DNA of 64,000 bases, taken from NCBI RefSeq assembly GCF_009914755.1, contig NC_060927.1; one strand, given 5' to 3'. The notes under the pieces are model-generated. The model was not told where the DNA came from. It worked only from the letters and a program-made list of their open reading frames with translations, and did not search any database. A program made the position numbers and the translations under genes. The stretch comes from the human T2T-CHM13v2.0 reference genome, Homo sapiens. Positions within the stretch are counted from its first letter, which is position 1; each line of letters begins with the position of its first letter. This document shows, piece by piece, positions 1 to 15,234 of this stretch.

Positions 1-1619
1 TTCAAAGGAAAATATTTATTACTTAAATAGTTATTTTATAAGTTATGCTGGAATAAGATAATGGGTTTGCTTTTTCATTGTGAGAAGGATTTTTCAATAT
101 ATGTTAATATTATGAAAGGGATTTTGTTCAGAGTGCTATACAAAATAGTTCTGGCAGGGCAAGGCACATATTAGACATTCATTTATTTCATCTATTCCAA
201 CTCCTGAAAAGAATGTAACAGAACAGTTACAAAATGTAGTTTCAGCCAATTCCTTCAGTTTATGCAATAAAAATCATACAGATTAAGAGCACACCTGAAA
301 TAGTTGTTATATGTACTCTATCTCGTCATTGTTCCAGTGACCTGATGAGTTCTGTCTTAGAGCATATCAATTCAGTGTCTACATATTAAGAGTTTATGAG
401 GAGATGCCAATTTTGTTAAAGCAGCTTTATAAGACATGATGTAAGATTTGTCACCATTAAAAAAGTGATAACCAAAGAAATAAATGAGTATAAAATTCTT
501 GAACTCAACATTCATTCTCCTGACCTGATTGCCAAGATATATATATATAACTTGCCAGTTAGCTATTTTTCCTAATTCCCATCATATCTATTTATTCCAT
601 TTGTTTACTTACATATTCATCATTAATTAATTTATAAAAATTAATTATTAAAAAGAAGAAAAACCTGGCTGGTACAACATATAGGCCAAGAAAGAGAAGA
701 AAATGTGAAAAAACTTGAAAATGTAAATTAATAAAAAGATGAGTTCAATACAGCTATGACAAAGAGAAGCTGAAAATATAACAAGAAAACATAAAGACGT
801 ATACTACTAAGTTAAGAAAATAAAATGAAGACAAATAAAGCATTATTAGAGATACTAAAAAATTAATTGAAAATCAGAAAAGGAACATTGAACTTACTGA
901 AGTAGAAGAAAAGGTTGAGAAGATTATAGTGTGTGAAATAAAAAAAGAAAAAGTTTAAAGCATTTAGGAAGACAATAATAGATATGTAATGAATAAAGAC
1001 CTTCCAAAACATGGAAAACATTTATTCCTGTGAAAGAAACCAGCAAATTGGACAGTGCATTAAAATATAATTTTTAAAACTTTGGAAATAGTTTCAAAGG
1101 GCCCGTATATTCCAGATAAAATTATTCCAGAATAATGTATACTAAGCCACTTGCTTATGATTGAATTTTAATAAAAGTTCATTTCTAGCCATCCAGAAAT
1201 AAGGAAACAAACCGTTTAGAGTCAGTAAAAGACAGAAACAAGTCACTTCTCCTCATGGACATTAAACATTAAAATCAACATTAAAAATCACAACAAAGTA
1301 TAGCGAGGTAGGCAAAATTATCAATGAAGTGAAGTGTGAACTAAGCATATTAAACACCCCAAATTTTTGTTCCTTTTTAAAGGCAGTGGACAAACATTAG
1401 AAAACATCTAAGAATTTGAGGCAGCAGCACCTCTGAGTTCATTTTGAAAAATATCAATTGCAAAATCACATATACACACAAACACATACATACACATAAA
1501 TAAAATGCAAAACAAATCAGCTTCATTATTTTTCTATTGAAACTGACACAATTTCTAGCACAATTTTAGACTCCATTTAAGCTCTACTCTCTTTCTCCTC
1601 AATCTATCCCTAACCTCTT

Positions 1620-2028
1620 TTCTGTTTTTTTTCTGTGAGAGGGTCTCATTCTGTTGCTTAATCAGAGCTCTCTGCTTCCTCAAATTCCTGGGCTCAAGTT
1701 ATTCTCCTGCCTCAATCTTTCAAGTAGCTGCAACTACAGGCATACTCCACTATGCCCGACTACGTTTTTTGGTGTTTGTTTGTTTGTTTGTTTCTGTTTA
1801 GTAGAGATGTGGTCTTGCTATGTGGCCCAGGCTGGTCTCTAACTCTGGGCTCAAGCGATCTTCCAGGCTCAGGAGGCCGAATTAGAGACCAGCCTGGACA
1901 ACATAGCAAGACCTCCCTGGAAAACATAGCGAGACCTCATGTCTTCTAAACTCCTGCTGGGATTACAGGAGCGAGGTGGGATTACAACTCCTCCTGGCAT
2001 TACAGGAGTGAGCCACCATGCCTGGCCT
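1620..2028 (-). mobile_element. Old Alu (AluJ-like) with an internally scrambled left arm
   Basis: Antisense Alu motifs (gggctcaagttattctcctgcctc, tttagtagagat, gtgagccaccatgcctggcc) interrupted at ~1864-1995 by inverted and duplicated Alu pieces. Confidence 0.85.
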
Positions 2029-3042
2029 CTCTCACTGCTTGAATCCAGTGAGGACCCATCTGAATTTCCACAGATCTCTCTTGCTACAGAGTTAAGGGAA
2101 AGCAAGTCATTATTACTGATATTTATCACAAGAAGTAAAAACAAGCGTATATTCAGGAAAGAGTAAGATGAAGATGCAGGTACCTCAGTTACAATGTCTG
2201 TAGCTGCAGAAAAATCAAACTGAGGGAATGGAGAAAAATGAAGCCAGGATGCAGCAATTTCTAAACACACGTAAAAAGTCATAGTCATGGATGCGACCTC
2301 AGAAACTGGAACTGAACCAGTAGAGCTTGTTGCTATTGTTGGTTTTTTCCATCACATGACAAAGTTTTGGCTGAAGAATTATTTCGTTTTAACTCACCTG
2401 GATATTTTATGGGTTCATCTGATTGAAGAACTTTGACTGTTTTATTTGCATTTCTAGAGATAAAATAAAGATTACATTATTTTCTCCGAAGTGTTTTTTT
2501 CTTAGTTGAGGAAGTGTTATATCTGTAAAAGTAGGTGACTGACTTATCCCACAAAGCAATTTTGATATATATCGCACTATAGGGTGTCAGAGAAAAGTGT
2601 GGCCAGTTGGGTAGTTTTGCTCTCAGGAAAGTTGGCTAGAGAAAGCAAATTATAAATGAAGAGTACAATACAGATTGTGTTTATTGCATTAATAAACAAA
2701 GAATATGTCAAGGTCAGGTGATCATAGCTGAGTTAGGGACCAGACAGGAAGAAGTCATGTGAGGACATTTTCTAGAGACATAGAATGAAAGATGATATGT
2801 GGTGGTGATAGGGAAGGAAGGAATCAAAAACAGAAAGTAATACTAAAAGGCAGAAAATAGGCTGTAAAAGGACAAAAAGTCAGGAATTGACAAGTTAAAA
2901 ATATTAAGTCATATAATAGCACCTTGGAATAAAATAAATGTCAGATGGTACATTTACAAAACTAGAATGAATTGTATGACTAAAATTCTAAGTGTGATAG
3001 AAAAGGAAAAATGATTTTGTAGAAATAAAGTTCCTTATATAA

Positions 3043-3344
<302 letters not shown>

Positions 3345-4044
3345 GTAATGTTGCTTCTTAAGTAAAAAGGGACACCTGTATTAGAGCTAGCAGAATGGTT
3401 TTATAAAAAAATTATCTCTTTCAGGGAATTTATAACTTTGTTGTTAGCATAACTTGTGATGCTTAAGTAGTTTTGATTTTTTTTTTAAAGATTACATTTT
3501 AGAGTCAAAGTGACAGTGATCTAAGGAGTCTTTTACTCGTTGGAGTTTATAAGTGAAACATTAAAACTTTTTTTTCCTGGCTTAAAATTCATTTAGAAGT
3601 TAATTTCACAAACTGTGGATAATTTAGTATTCAAAAATTGTACAATGCATTAAATAAAAGTATGCTGGTTGCTATTAATTTAATTAAACCCACTTAATGA
3701 TAAATATCTGCTATGCTGCAAAAGGATGTCTTAACTCTACTGGTGGTGACAGCAGGTTGTCTCAACTGGAAAATTATGTAATTAAAAGTAAAGGACCTTG
3801 GTAATTACTCATTAACATTCTTCATTGAACTTACAATTCACAGATTATGACTCTACAACAATCACTTATTTTTTAAGAATACATTATTTCTAGGCTTCAA
3901 TATTATGAAAAGTTATCTTAAAATTTTTTTTACATACAGCGTGATTTTAATAATGTAAACAGAAATATGCTCAGAAAATGACTAGAAAGAAATGTATCAA
4001 AATGTGATTTCCTTCAATGGTAGATTCATGGATTTCTATTGTCT

Positions 4045-4178
4045 TCTTTTCTTTTTTTGTTTTATTATATTTTAAATTCTAGGGTACATGTGCACAACGT
4101 GCAGGTTTGTTACATATGTATACATGTGCCATGTTGGTTTCCTGCACTCATCAACTCATCATTTACATTAGGTATTTC
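4045..4178 (-). mobile_element. Short L1PA 3' end fragment
   Basis: tagggtacatgtgcacaacgtgcaggtttgttacatatgtatacatgtgccatg is the antisense L1PA 3' terminus. Confidence 0.9.
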
Positions 4179-4444
4179 TGTTTGTAGCTTGTTGAATTGC
4201 TTGTATAAACATATTGAAGGTCATTTTCTTTTTTAATTCTTTGGCATGCTTTATTCTTACTATTTTATAACTACAGAAAAATTTAAATGACATAGATATC
4301 GTAACAAGTAAATATAACTTTCTTTCCATATGTGCTAATTTTTATTCAGAATTTTGACTATACTCTAAAAGCAGTAGTAAACTATGTAAAAAATTTTAAT
4401 TCAGTTCTAGCATCTTAGAAACATTTTTTATGTGTGCCTGCATT

Positions 4445-5095
4445 TTTTATTTATTTTTATTTTAATCCCATTTTATAAATGTATAATTGACAAATGAAAA
4501 TTGTATATATTTATGGTGTACAACGTTTTAAAATATGTTTACATCATGAAATGCTTAAATGAAGCTGATTAACATATTTATCAACTCACATACTTATTTT
4601 TTGTAGTGAGATCATGTAAAATACACTCTTTTAGCAATTTTATATGCACATCATTAATTAAAACACCATGCTGTACAGTAGATCTCCAGAACGTACTCCT
4701 CCCGTGTATCTGAAACTCTGTACTCTTTGACCAACATCTCACCACTTCCCCCACTCCTTACAGCTCCAGCAACTACCATCCTTCTCTCTGCTTTTATAAG
4801 TTCAATTCAGAAATAAGCAAGATCATGCAGTATTTGACTTTGCCTAGCCTAAAGTTCTCCAGGTTCATTATGTTGTGTCAAATGACAGGATTTCCTTTTT
4901 TTTTTAAGCTGAATAGTATTCCATTGTTCATGTACCACATTTTTAAAATCCATTCATCCATCAATAGACACAAGTTAGTTTTGTATCTTGCCTATTATGA
5001 ATAACATTGCAATGAAAATGGGAGAACAGATATCTTCTCGACATATTGATTTTATTTCCTTTGTGTCTATACTTAGAGGTAGAATTGATAGATTA
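4445..5095 (-). mobile_element. L1M (L1MA/MB-like) 3' fragment
   Basis: Antisense L1M 3'UTR/ORF2-end motifs (ttgtatatatttatggtgtacaac, gaatagtattccatt, cattcatccatc). Confidence 0.75.
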
Positions 5096-6345
5096 TAAAT
5101 CCATTTAATAAAAAAGGAATTAAATTTTATGCTTTAGATTGAGGATTCACGCTAATAAATATTTTTCATGTTTAATTTCTTACTATCTATTTTATTTTTA
5201 TGAATTAACAGATGCACATAGTAAAAAAAAATTAAATAGCCAAAAAATGTTATGATAAAAAGATATCCATCTCTAAATGTGCTCCCCAAGCCCATAATCA
5301 CAAGTTACCAGTTTCTGTTCTGCTTGTTTGATTACAGGATGTAGCAATTGAAAATACTCATCTCTACCTTTTCTTTAGTACATCATGAAAATTGTTCCCC
5401 ATCAGTACTTGCAGATCTGCCTCATTGTTCAAATTTTAAATAGTATTGTATTGTTGGAAAATACCATAATTTATATAACTAATTTCTAGAAAATGAATTT
5501 TAAGTTTTTTGAACTAAATTGGTACAGGTGATTTGGGTTAAGATATCTATGTCAAAAAATTTAGTTTGGGGTTACTTGGGTAAGTTCTTTAACATTTCAC
5601 TGTAAGTTTCATGGAATACACAGGATCAAACTGAAGAAAATTTGCAAGCATTTTTTGTAAAATATGCATTTCAAACTATTTTTGTTTTCTCTAAAGTAAG
5701 AAATCTAATTATTTGGTTGACAATTACACATTTGCCTCACCAACCTGAGCAGTTAAATTGAAATAACACAATTATTGAAATAACACAAATAATCAAAGAG
5801 ATTATTTCTAGCCCACTGATGACTCTAGATGCATCTTACAGGAATTTAGGAAAATGCTAAAATTAGCAAAATAAACACACATTCCAATGTTAGTCTTGAC
5901 TGATGTTTCTCTTCTAATCCAACATTTAAAAAATGATCAAAAGATTGCTTTATTCAGTTCTTGTAAGGCAATTATATAACCAGTTCGATTCTAGGTGCAT
6001 GGAAAGAAGTTAATTCATTACATACAATAGATGCATTGGTCAGAAAGGTGTAATTTTCACCAATAACCTTGAAAAAGAAATGACACTCTGTGAGATTGAC
6101 TATAATATACATTATGAATATATTGAAGGGAGATACCAAATGTTGAGCTTTTCTTTGAGTGGTATCTTTTGAGGATAATCAATTTTCATAAAAATAATAT
6201 GGACAGAATGGACAGAATCTGAAAAAAAGAGAGCTAAAAGAAGCCACCAAAATTTACCTAATATCCATATCCCACTGGATTGATTTTTAATCTAAATTTT
6301 ACTAATGAGAGAATTGAGAGTCAGAGATATTTCCCCAGCATCACA

Positions 6346-6478
6346 CTTTTTTTTTTTTTTAAGCAAACAAAATCTGACTATTTGCCCAGGCTGGTTTCAA
6401 ATTCCTGGACTCAAGCAATCCTCCTGCCTTAGTATCTCAAAGTGCTAGGATTACAGGCATGAGTTACTGTGCCTAACC
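6346..6478 (-). mobile_element. FLAM/Alu monomer
   Basis: Poly-T then ttgcccaggctggtttcaaattcctggactcaagcaatcctcctgcc...gattacaggcatgag. Confidence 0.85.
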
Positions 6479-7212
6479 TCCATCATGACAATAAGTGTCA
6501 AAGATTCAAATTAAAATCTGTCTCTGATATACCCAAAAGCTTTGAGGTCTCTTATAAAGATGAAACAGAAATCAAAAGGTAGAATAGGTAGCTAAAATGA
6601 GAGGAGCAAAGATTTCCATAGCCCATGTTCAACAAGTCAGTTTTCTTCTACTAGCTTAAAATTTTGAATTATATTTTATCACAAAGAACGAATAAATTAT
6701 TAAAAGCATCTCCATTGGAATGTAAATATTATCAACCTCAACAAATCATAATAGCATAATTTGATAGAATTAATCAAAGAATAACTACTGCTCTTTGATG
6801 AAAATCATGTTGCTTATCAAACTTCATTAGTGTGTGTACTCTGAAACACACTGCTGCTTATGGATGTAATATCTTTTCTTATTCTTTCTTTCAAGTCCTC
6901 TCAGCTCCATAAGCTTCCGATTATCATTTTATCGAACAAAATCTATGTAAGCTCATCAAAGTGTGCTCCCTCATACTTATAAAGTGGGATTTTGTTTCAC
7001 CAATATTGTTTTTCCCCATAATATCAATTTAAACTAAAGTAAAATCTAAAAATGTAACATGTGCCCAAGTTCTTGGTATCATGATTTTAATTTTACCAGG
7101 AAAAGTAATTGTCTTCTACTCTGCTTTATCTAAGCCTGGTCTAAAGTTTTGTTACTATTAGACCCCTCTATTCACCTAGATTATTTAGGTCAATCGAATA
7201 CAAATTGATGCT

Positions 7213-7690
7213 TCTTTTTTTAAATTTTTATTTTTATTTCAATTGTTTTTGTGGTACAGGTGCTTTGGGGTTACATAGGTAAGTTCTTTAGTGGTGATTT
7301 CTGAGATTTTGTGCACCTGTCATCTGAGCAGTGTACACTGTACCCAGTATGTAGTCGTTTATCCCTCACCCCCAAAGTCCATTATGTAATTCTTATGCCT
7401 TTGTATATTCATCGCTAAGTTCTCACTTTTAAGGGAGAATATGCAATATTTGGTTTTCCATTACTGAGTTATTTCACTTAGAATAATGACCTCCAGCTCC
7501 ATCCAAGATGCTGTAAAAGACATTATTTCATTCCTTTCTATGGCTGAGTAGTATTCGATAGTGTATGTATACCACATTTTCTTTAACCACTTGTTGGTTG
7601 ATGAGCACTTAGGTTGGTTCCATATCTTTTCAATTGTGAATTGTTCTGCTACAAATATACATGTGCGTGTGTCTTTTTCATACAATCCCA
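7213..7690 (-). mobile_element. L1PB-like 3' end
   Basis: aagttctttagtggtgatttctgagatttt motif; ORF 7461-7691 (IWNQPKCSSTNKWLKKMWY...) is the L1 ORF2 C-terminus. Confidence 0.85.
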
Positions 7691-8064
7691 TTTCCTTTCA
7701 GTAGTTACCAAGTACTGGGATTGTTGCCTTTTTCTTAAAAGAAACTGTCAAAGGGATCAGATCACATTGAGCCAGCCTGCCTTTCAGCTAATAAATCTGT
7801 TTTTATCTCTTGCTTTTAAACATTGTAATATTTTTTGCATAGGCTAAATATTTTTGCATGGTATTTCAGTTTTGCCTCATTAAAATAGGTGCATAAGAAA
7901 AGAAAAATCCAGAGATTTGTGATATATGTCTACATATAGAACTTATAGAAAGGAATGTGCATTCACAAATTGCCTGTATTATTAAACATAGGCATATTTT
8001 GTTCTTCACTACCCCAAATATTGCAGAGTTTCAAACTATTCATTAATATTTTGAAATTGAATTT

Positions 8065-8433
8065 AAATAATTTCTCTTTTTTTAATTTTACTTTAAGTTT
8101 TAGGGTACATGTGCACAACGTACAGGTTAGTTACATATGTATACATGTGCCATGTTGGTGTGCTGCACCCATTAACTTGTCATTTAACATTAGGTATATC
8201 TCCTAATGCTATCCCTCCCCCCTCCCCCCACCCCACAACAGGCCCTGGTGTGTGATGTTCCCCTTCTTGTGTCCATGTGTTCCCATTGTTCAATTCCCAC
8301 CTATGAGTGAGAACATTCGGTGTTTGGTTTTTTGTCCTTGCGATAGTTTGCTGAGAATGACGGTTTCCATAAAAAATGATGAGTTCATGTCCTTTGTAGG
8401 GACATGGATGAAGCTGGAAATAATTTCTCTTTT
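8065..8433 (-). mobile_element. 5'-truncated, 5'-inverted young L1PA with 16-bp TSD
   Basis: Antisense L1 3'UTR ~8081-8369, sense L1 piece ~8367-8420; TSD aaataatttctctttt at 8065-8080 and 8418-8433. Confidence 0.93.
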
Positions 8434-8854
8434 AAATCTCTAACAGAAGAGAGCACATTGGATATTAACATATGATTTTAATAAAAATGAATTCCAAGTT
8501 TCCATGACAATATCTTCAATATAAAGACAAGGAGAAACATGCACACTTCATCATAATAAATTAAATCATGTATATAGTGTTTCAAAAAATTGCTATTATA
8601 TGCTAGAAATCTCAATATCTTCTATATGGCAATAGCATAATCTTAAAGATAGCATGCCATAGAATAAGCTATGTTAAATTAGCAATCCATATAATTTTTA
8701 AATGAATCAGAATAACATTTAAATTGGAATACATTTATAGCCACTCTTTCAAATTTCAAACTATTCAAAAAAATAGACACAAAACCAATTAACTCCTATT
8801 TAAAGAAGACATGTCCGAAAAATCACCAAAAGCAAGATGTTATTTGTTAGGAAT

Positions 8855-10050
8855 AAAAATATAAATGTAAGACCCCAAACTATAACTGCCAGAAGGAATA
8901 GTGGGAACATTTCAGGACATTCATCTAGGCAAAGATTTTATGGTTAAGACGTCAAAAGCACAGGCCACAAAAACAACAATAGACAAATGCAAATGCAGCT
9001 AGATTAAACTACAAAGCTTCTGTACAGCAAAGAAAATATTCAACAGAAAGAAGGACAACCTGCAGAATGGAATAAAACATTTGCAAACTATTCATCCAGT
9101 GATGAAATAATATCTAAAATATACAAAGGACTCAATACTAAAAACAGAAACAACAAAACAAAATGAATAATCCCAATAAAATGGGCAAAGAATTTAAGTA
9201 GACATTTATCAATAGAAGAAATACAAATGGCCAGTAGGTTTATTAAAAAAATCAACATCAGTAACCATCAGCAAAATGTAAATCAAAACGCAATGAGTTA
9301 TCATTTTACCCTAGTGAGAATGGCTATTGTGAAAAAGATGAAAAGTAACAAATAATAGTGAGGATGCAGAGGAAAGGGAACTCTTATACACTGTTGGAGA
9401 GAATATTGTGGAAAACAGTATGGAGTTTTCTCAAAGTATTGAAATTAAAGCTACCATACAATCCGGCAATCCAACTACTGGCTATTTATCCAAAAGAAAG
9501 GAAATTAGTATTACCCATGTCCCCATATTTCTTGCAGCACTCCTCACAATAGCCAAGATATAGAATCAACCTAAGTTTCTATCAGTGGGTGAATGGATAA
9601 AGAAAATGTGGTATAAATACACACATAATAGAAGACCATTCAATTGTAAAATAGAATGAAATTCTGTTATTTACAGCAACATGGATGAAACTGGAAGTCA
9701 TTATGTTTCACATGTTCTCATTCATAGGTGAGAACTTAAAAAGGTGATCTCAAGGAGGTAGAAAGTACAATAATCTTCACCGGAGATTGAGTGAGGGGAG
9801 AGTAGAGGGATTGGTTAATGGGTACAAATACACAGTTAAATAGAAAAAATAAGTTTTGTGTTCAATAATTCATTGCATATTTCAAAATAGGTAGGAGAGA
9901 AGGTCTGAAATTTTTCCAAAACACACAAAAAATAAATGTTTGAGACTATGAATATTCTAAATACCCTGATTTGATCCTTATACTTTGTATGCATGTATCA
10001 ACATATCACATGTATCCCAGAAATGTATACAATTATTATATATCAATATA
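8855..10050 (+). mobile_element. L1MA-like ORF2 C-terminus and 3'UTR
   Basis: aaagcttctgtacagcaaag, gctaccatacaatccggcaatcc, catggatgaaactggaagtcattatg; ORF 9358-9552 resembles degenerate ORF2. Confidence 0.85.
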
Positions 10051-11513
10051 TTTTTTAAAGATATAGCCAAATAAGTGGGGAGGAAAATGCATTACCTGAT
10101 ACAATTGTATTAAGAAATGAGAAATAATTGTTATAAAGGATTTAAGTATCCAAATTTAAAATATAGGAAGAAACAATGAAAAAAATTTCAATAAAACTTT
10201 CTAAAGATTAAAAAAAAAACAAAATAAGCCAGATTAACTTTATAGATATAATTCGCAATTTTTATTTTTTCTCAGAAACAGTGAAAAGGACATTAGAATT
10301 ATCCCTTACTTAAATGCATTGTACTATTATCATATGAAACTGTTTATTCAAGTGCTTTCTTTCTAAAGGAAATGAAGTATTGTATTTTGACAGCTTAATC
10401 TATTTCTCTGATGGTAATTTTCTGCTTAGATTTCCATGCTAATAAAATCAGTTCTTGGCATGTACGTTTATCTTTTAAAAAAATCCCATATTAAATACAT
10501 GTTTTCAGAACTATATGCAAAGTATTCCTGATTCTTTGAAATAGCTCTCTGACTAGTTATTTCTCCATTATTATTTCCTGTTTATGAATTTGTTTTTTCT
10601 CCCGTTTTTCTTGATATAATATAGTAGGTGGATTTATTTTACGTTTCTTTTGAATATCTTGTTTTTATATTTAATAGACCTACCTTTTTCTGTTTTAAAA
10701 TTTATTGATTTAAATCATTATAAAATAATAATCTATGTCTTAGTTTATTCAATAATAAATTGTTAAAATTCACTGAGTGCCTACCGTTAAGCAATCACTG
10801 TTATGTTACCCTGCTAGGTAGGCACTCTTATTTTGTTATTCTCATAGTACATGAAGCTTAAGAAATTTAAGACTGCTTAAGAAATCAAGAAGCCTAAGAA
10901 ATTTAAGAAAAATGTACTATGCTCACATGATAAGAATATAGCATAGGTAGGAATTTAGTACCTGACTAAAATCAGGAATCTAAGATTCCAAACCACTTAT
11001 GGTCCATGCTCTTTGAGAAACTTTTTCAAGACTACTGAGCCAATTAGCCTAAAATTAGCTAAATAGAATTATTGAGAAAAATAAAAAGTCAACAATTAAT
11101 CCTTTGTTGTTTGATTTTAGTTCGCTGAATTAATAAGCATGATTATATAATAAATTATTCAATAATTCTGACAAAGACAGCCAGCAAACAAATTTAGTTG
11201 ATTATTCAGAACCTTACTCCCTCAAGGATTATTTTTAAATATATTATCTTACAAACTTTTCAATCATATTTTCCAGAAATAAGAATTAGTATTTTTTGTA
11301 CATAAATATAGACTCTGAAGACCACAAATGTTATGACTTTCTTAAGTCTGAACTTAAAGCTTCCAAATCAGAATTTAGTAGTTATTCTGCTTGTGTATAA
11401 TATTTCTCCATGGCTGGTCAGAAAATTTTAAAGTTAAAGATTATATAGAAACTGTCCATATTGTGTTACTGTTTCAAACAAAGTTTTGAGAGAGAAGAAC
11501 AGAGAAAGAGTGA

Positions 11514-11886
<373 letters not shown>

Positions 11887-14592
11887 AGACCATCTTATTT
11901 TAAAAAATGAGTAACTTTTTTCCTGTACTTAAAACTTCACCATCATTTGTTTATTTATTATAATTGACTTATTTGGTAAGTATATAAAATATTAACCTAG
12001 ATCTAAAAATCAGCACTGTTTAAAAAGTAAGTATTCTGAAAGAAATGTAACCCCCAATTTATTTACCATGTTTCCATGCCTCTGTGCTTGTGTCTCATAC
12101 CCATCCACCCCCACAGATAACCATTCTTATTTGTTTCGAGTAATGTCATCTTGCTTCTTCTTTCTATTATGTTAGTTCACAATCTTTCTTAATTTGCTTT
12201 TTGTCACAGCAAATTATCAAGATGTACTCTGAAAATTAGATATCAGTTCATAGAAGTATTTATCATTATTTTTACATAGTTGACTATTGAATAATACATT
12301 ATAGTCTATTCACCCTCCCCACATATGAACATATGTTGTTTCTCATTTTTGCGATTACAAACAGTGCTGCAGAAAATACACTTGACCGTGTGCGTTTTTA
12401 TCTTATTGAAATTTGTTCTCAGGATAAATTCCTAGAAGTGGAAATTGCTGGATCAATTGGGAGTTTTGTTAGATATGCAAATTCCCTTCCATGTTAGTTC
12501 TGTGAGTGCGCCTCTTCACCACAAGTATATGAGTGTCAGTATCATCACAGATGTACTGAGACAATATATTATTATTTTAGGTTTCATGTATTAAACATTT
12601 CACATATCTGATACGTAGGCAATAAATGGTGTTTTGTCTATTTTTAGACTTTTATGGTTTCCATTTCCCTGCTGAGATTCCTCAGGTGTTCATGTATGTT
12701 GCCCACCTTCGCTTTTAAAAATGTTAAACATATTAATCTTAGTTTTTTACAGCCACTATTTGATAGTTCAACGATCTGGGTCATCTCTGAGTTGTTCAGT
12801 TGATTTCTTTGTTTCTATACTGTATGTATGTATATCTATACCTATATATGTGTGTGTATGTGTGTTTCCCACTTTTTTGTTTGACTTTTTTTTGTGAGGA
12901 GGGGGGGATTGTAGAAAGCTGGATATCATGTGTAGAACAATCAAGACCAAGGCAAAAATACATATATTTGCCTAGAAATAAGCATTTTTCTGCTAGGATT
13001 TAGGTGAATATTTGATAGAGGTTAAGCCAGTCTAATCAAGAGTTGAGCTAGTTCAGGGATTTTGTTTTTACTATGATTATCTTTAGTGCAAAACTGGCTC
13101 CAAATTCCTCTAGCACTATTTTGTGCCTAACTAGGGACTAGAGTGTCAGTGTAGTGCAGAAGAAGTGGTGAGATGGAGGGCATTTCCTGTTGTCTTATTT
13201 TAGTGTTATAGGTAGGCACTATGTCTCTTGATTTCAGGACTAAGGATCTTGTAGTGATCCTGCTCCTGCCAGTAGTGGTGGAGAATTCCCAGTGATCTGG
13301 GCCCCGGATGTTTTCCTGCTCCTTCTTCAAGAAAAGAAGGCTTTTATGTGTTTTTGGCTTTGTTTCTTGTGTTTGTTGCCCTCACCCAGCTTCGGTAAAG
13401 GAATAAAATAATCTTGGTGGACTTTTATGCCTTTTTCACAGAAGCACTTGCAACACACGCCATGACCTGCATGTTTTGCAGTCACCTGCCCTGCCTTCAA
13501 TCGTTTTAATGAGCATTTGGAGGGAAACCTATCAAAAACGTTAAGAGTGAATATGAACTCCCCCTTGTATCCATGGTTTTCCAGGGCTCTAAGAACTCTT
13601 ACTAGCTCACACCCAGTCTTTAGCAATTTACTGAAAATTTTAGCAGAAATGTGACTCCTTAATGGTGACAAAATCCCTATCTCTGGGTTCTCACCAAGAT
13701 AAGTGTTTTGTGTCCCTTTTCTCTTTGGAGGCACCTTTCTTTAGATTTCAAGCTACTTGATGACTATAGAATCTCAGTTCTCAGCTTTATCACAGGTTCA
13801 AGAAAAATTATGATTTTGTAGACTTTTTCCTATCTTTGGGGTTGGATTGATGCATTTTAAGCAGATAGTAGAATTTATCTCTTTTTTAATAAGTAAAAAA
13901 ATTGGACATTTCTTTCTATGTTTAGGAGTAATCTCTAGAGATATATTTATGTAATATGTTTTATTATTTACATATTACAGTATATAATATTATACATATA
14001 TCTTCCATTTTAGTATTGGATTTTGGTCCTTACTGTCTCAATTTTAAAGAGTTCTCTAGCTATTAGGGATATTATTGTATCTTTTATTTTATTTAGTGTT
14101 TATATTTTATTTTATTTCACCTTTATAATTATGTCTCCAATTGATTTATTTTGCCTAATAATTGGCAAAATTATTGGCTAATACCTCTAGCACCTTGTTG
14201 AATAGCAGTGAAGATAATGGATGTTCTTGCATTTAAGGGTAATGCTTCCAGTGTTTTCTTATCCACCATAATCTTGGTTTTATTTATTATCACAAGTCAA
14301 TAGCCATCTGTGGCAGATAGAATTTTCCAACAATTGTACCCACCACATAATCTCTCTCAAGTGCTTTAGTTACAATATGATATTAAAAATCCCTCCATCA
14401 AGTGGTGATATCTATGCCCATCTCATTGAATGTAGGTGTATTTGTGGCTGCCTTGAACAAAAGGGTATGACCAAAGTAGTACTGTGTGAACTCTGGGGCT
14501 AAATTTTAAAATATCTTGCAATTCTTTCTTATTTTCCTGAGACTATCAGGTAAAAACTTAAACCTATGAATTAAAATAAAGATAGAACAATT

Positions 14593-14930
<338 letters not shown>

Positions 14931-15234
14931 CTACTTTTATAAAACAGAAACTGAGGGAGATGCCTGAAAACTAGCAATAACCATATTAAAAACAGAACAC
15001 TTTAACACATCACTCTTGCTATGAGACAGGCTAAATAGACATGAAAAGATAGAACAAAAAAAATGGTGTAACAGTTATGATGATATATTTCAAACTTTAT
15101 GCCCCAATAATGAAAAATGCAACTTCTCGTGTGAGTGCAAAACATCTGGAACAGTGAACTTACATTAGGTCACAAAGATAACATAGGTGCATAGAAACAT
15201 TGCAAACGACATTCTGATCACATTGTAATAAAAT

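Noticed and set aside
1869-2288. 139-aa minus-strand ORF
   Set aside because: The C-terminal half is scrambled Alu sequence; no recognisable domain or exon context
13127-13734. 135-aa and 67-aa minus-strand ORFs
   Set aside because: No recognisable protein similarity; the region looks like very old repeat-derived sequence that I cannot assign
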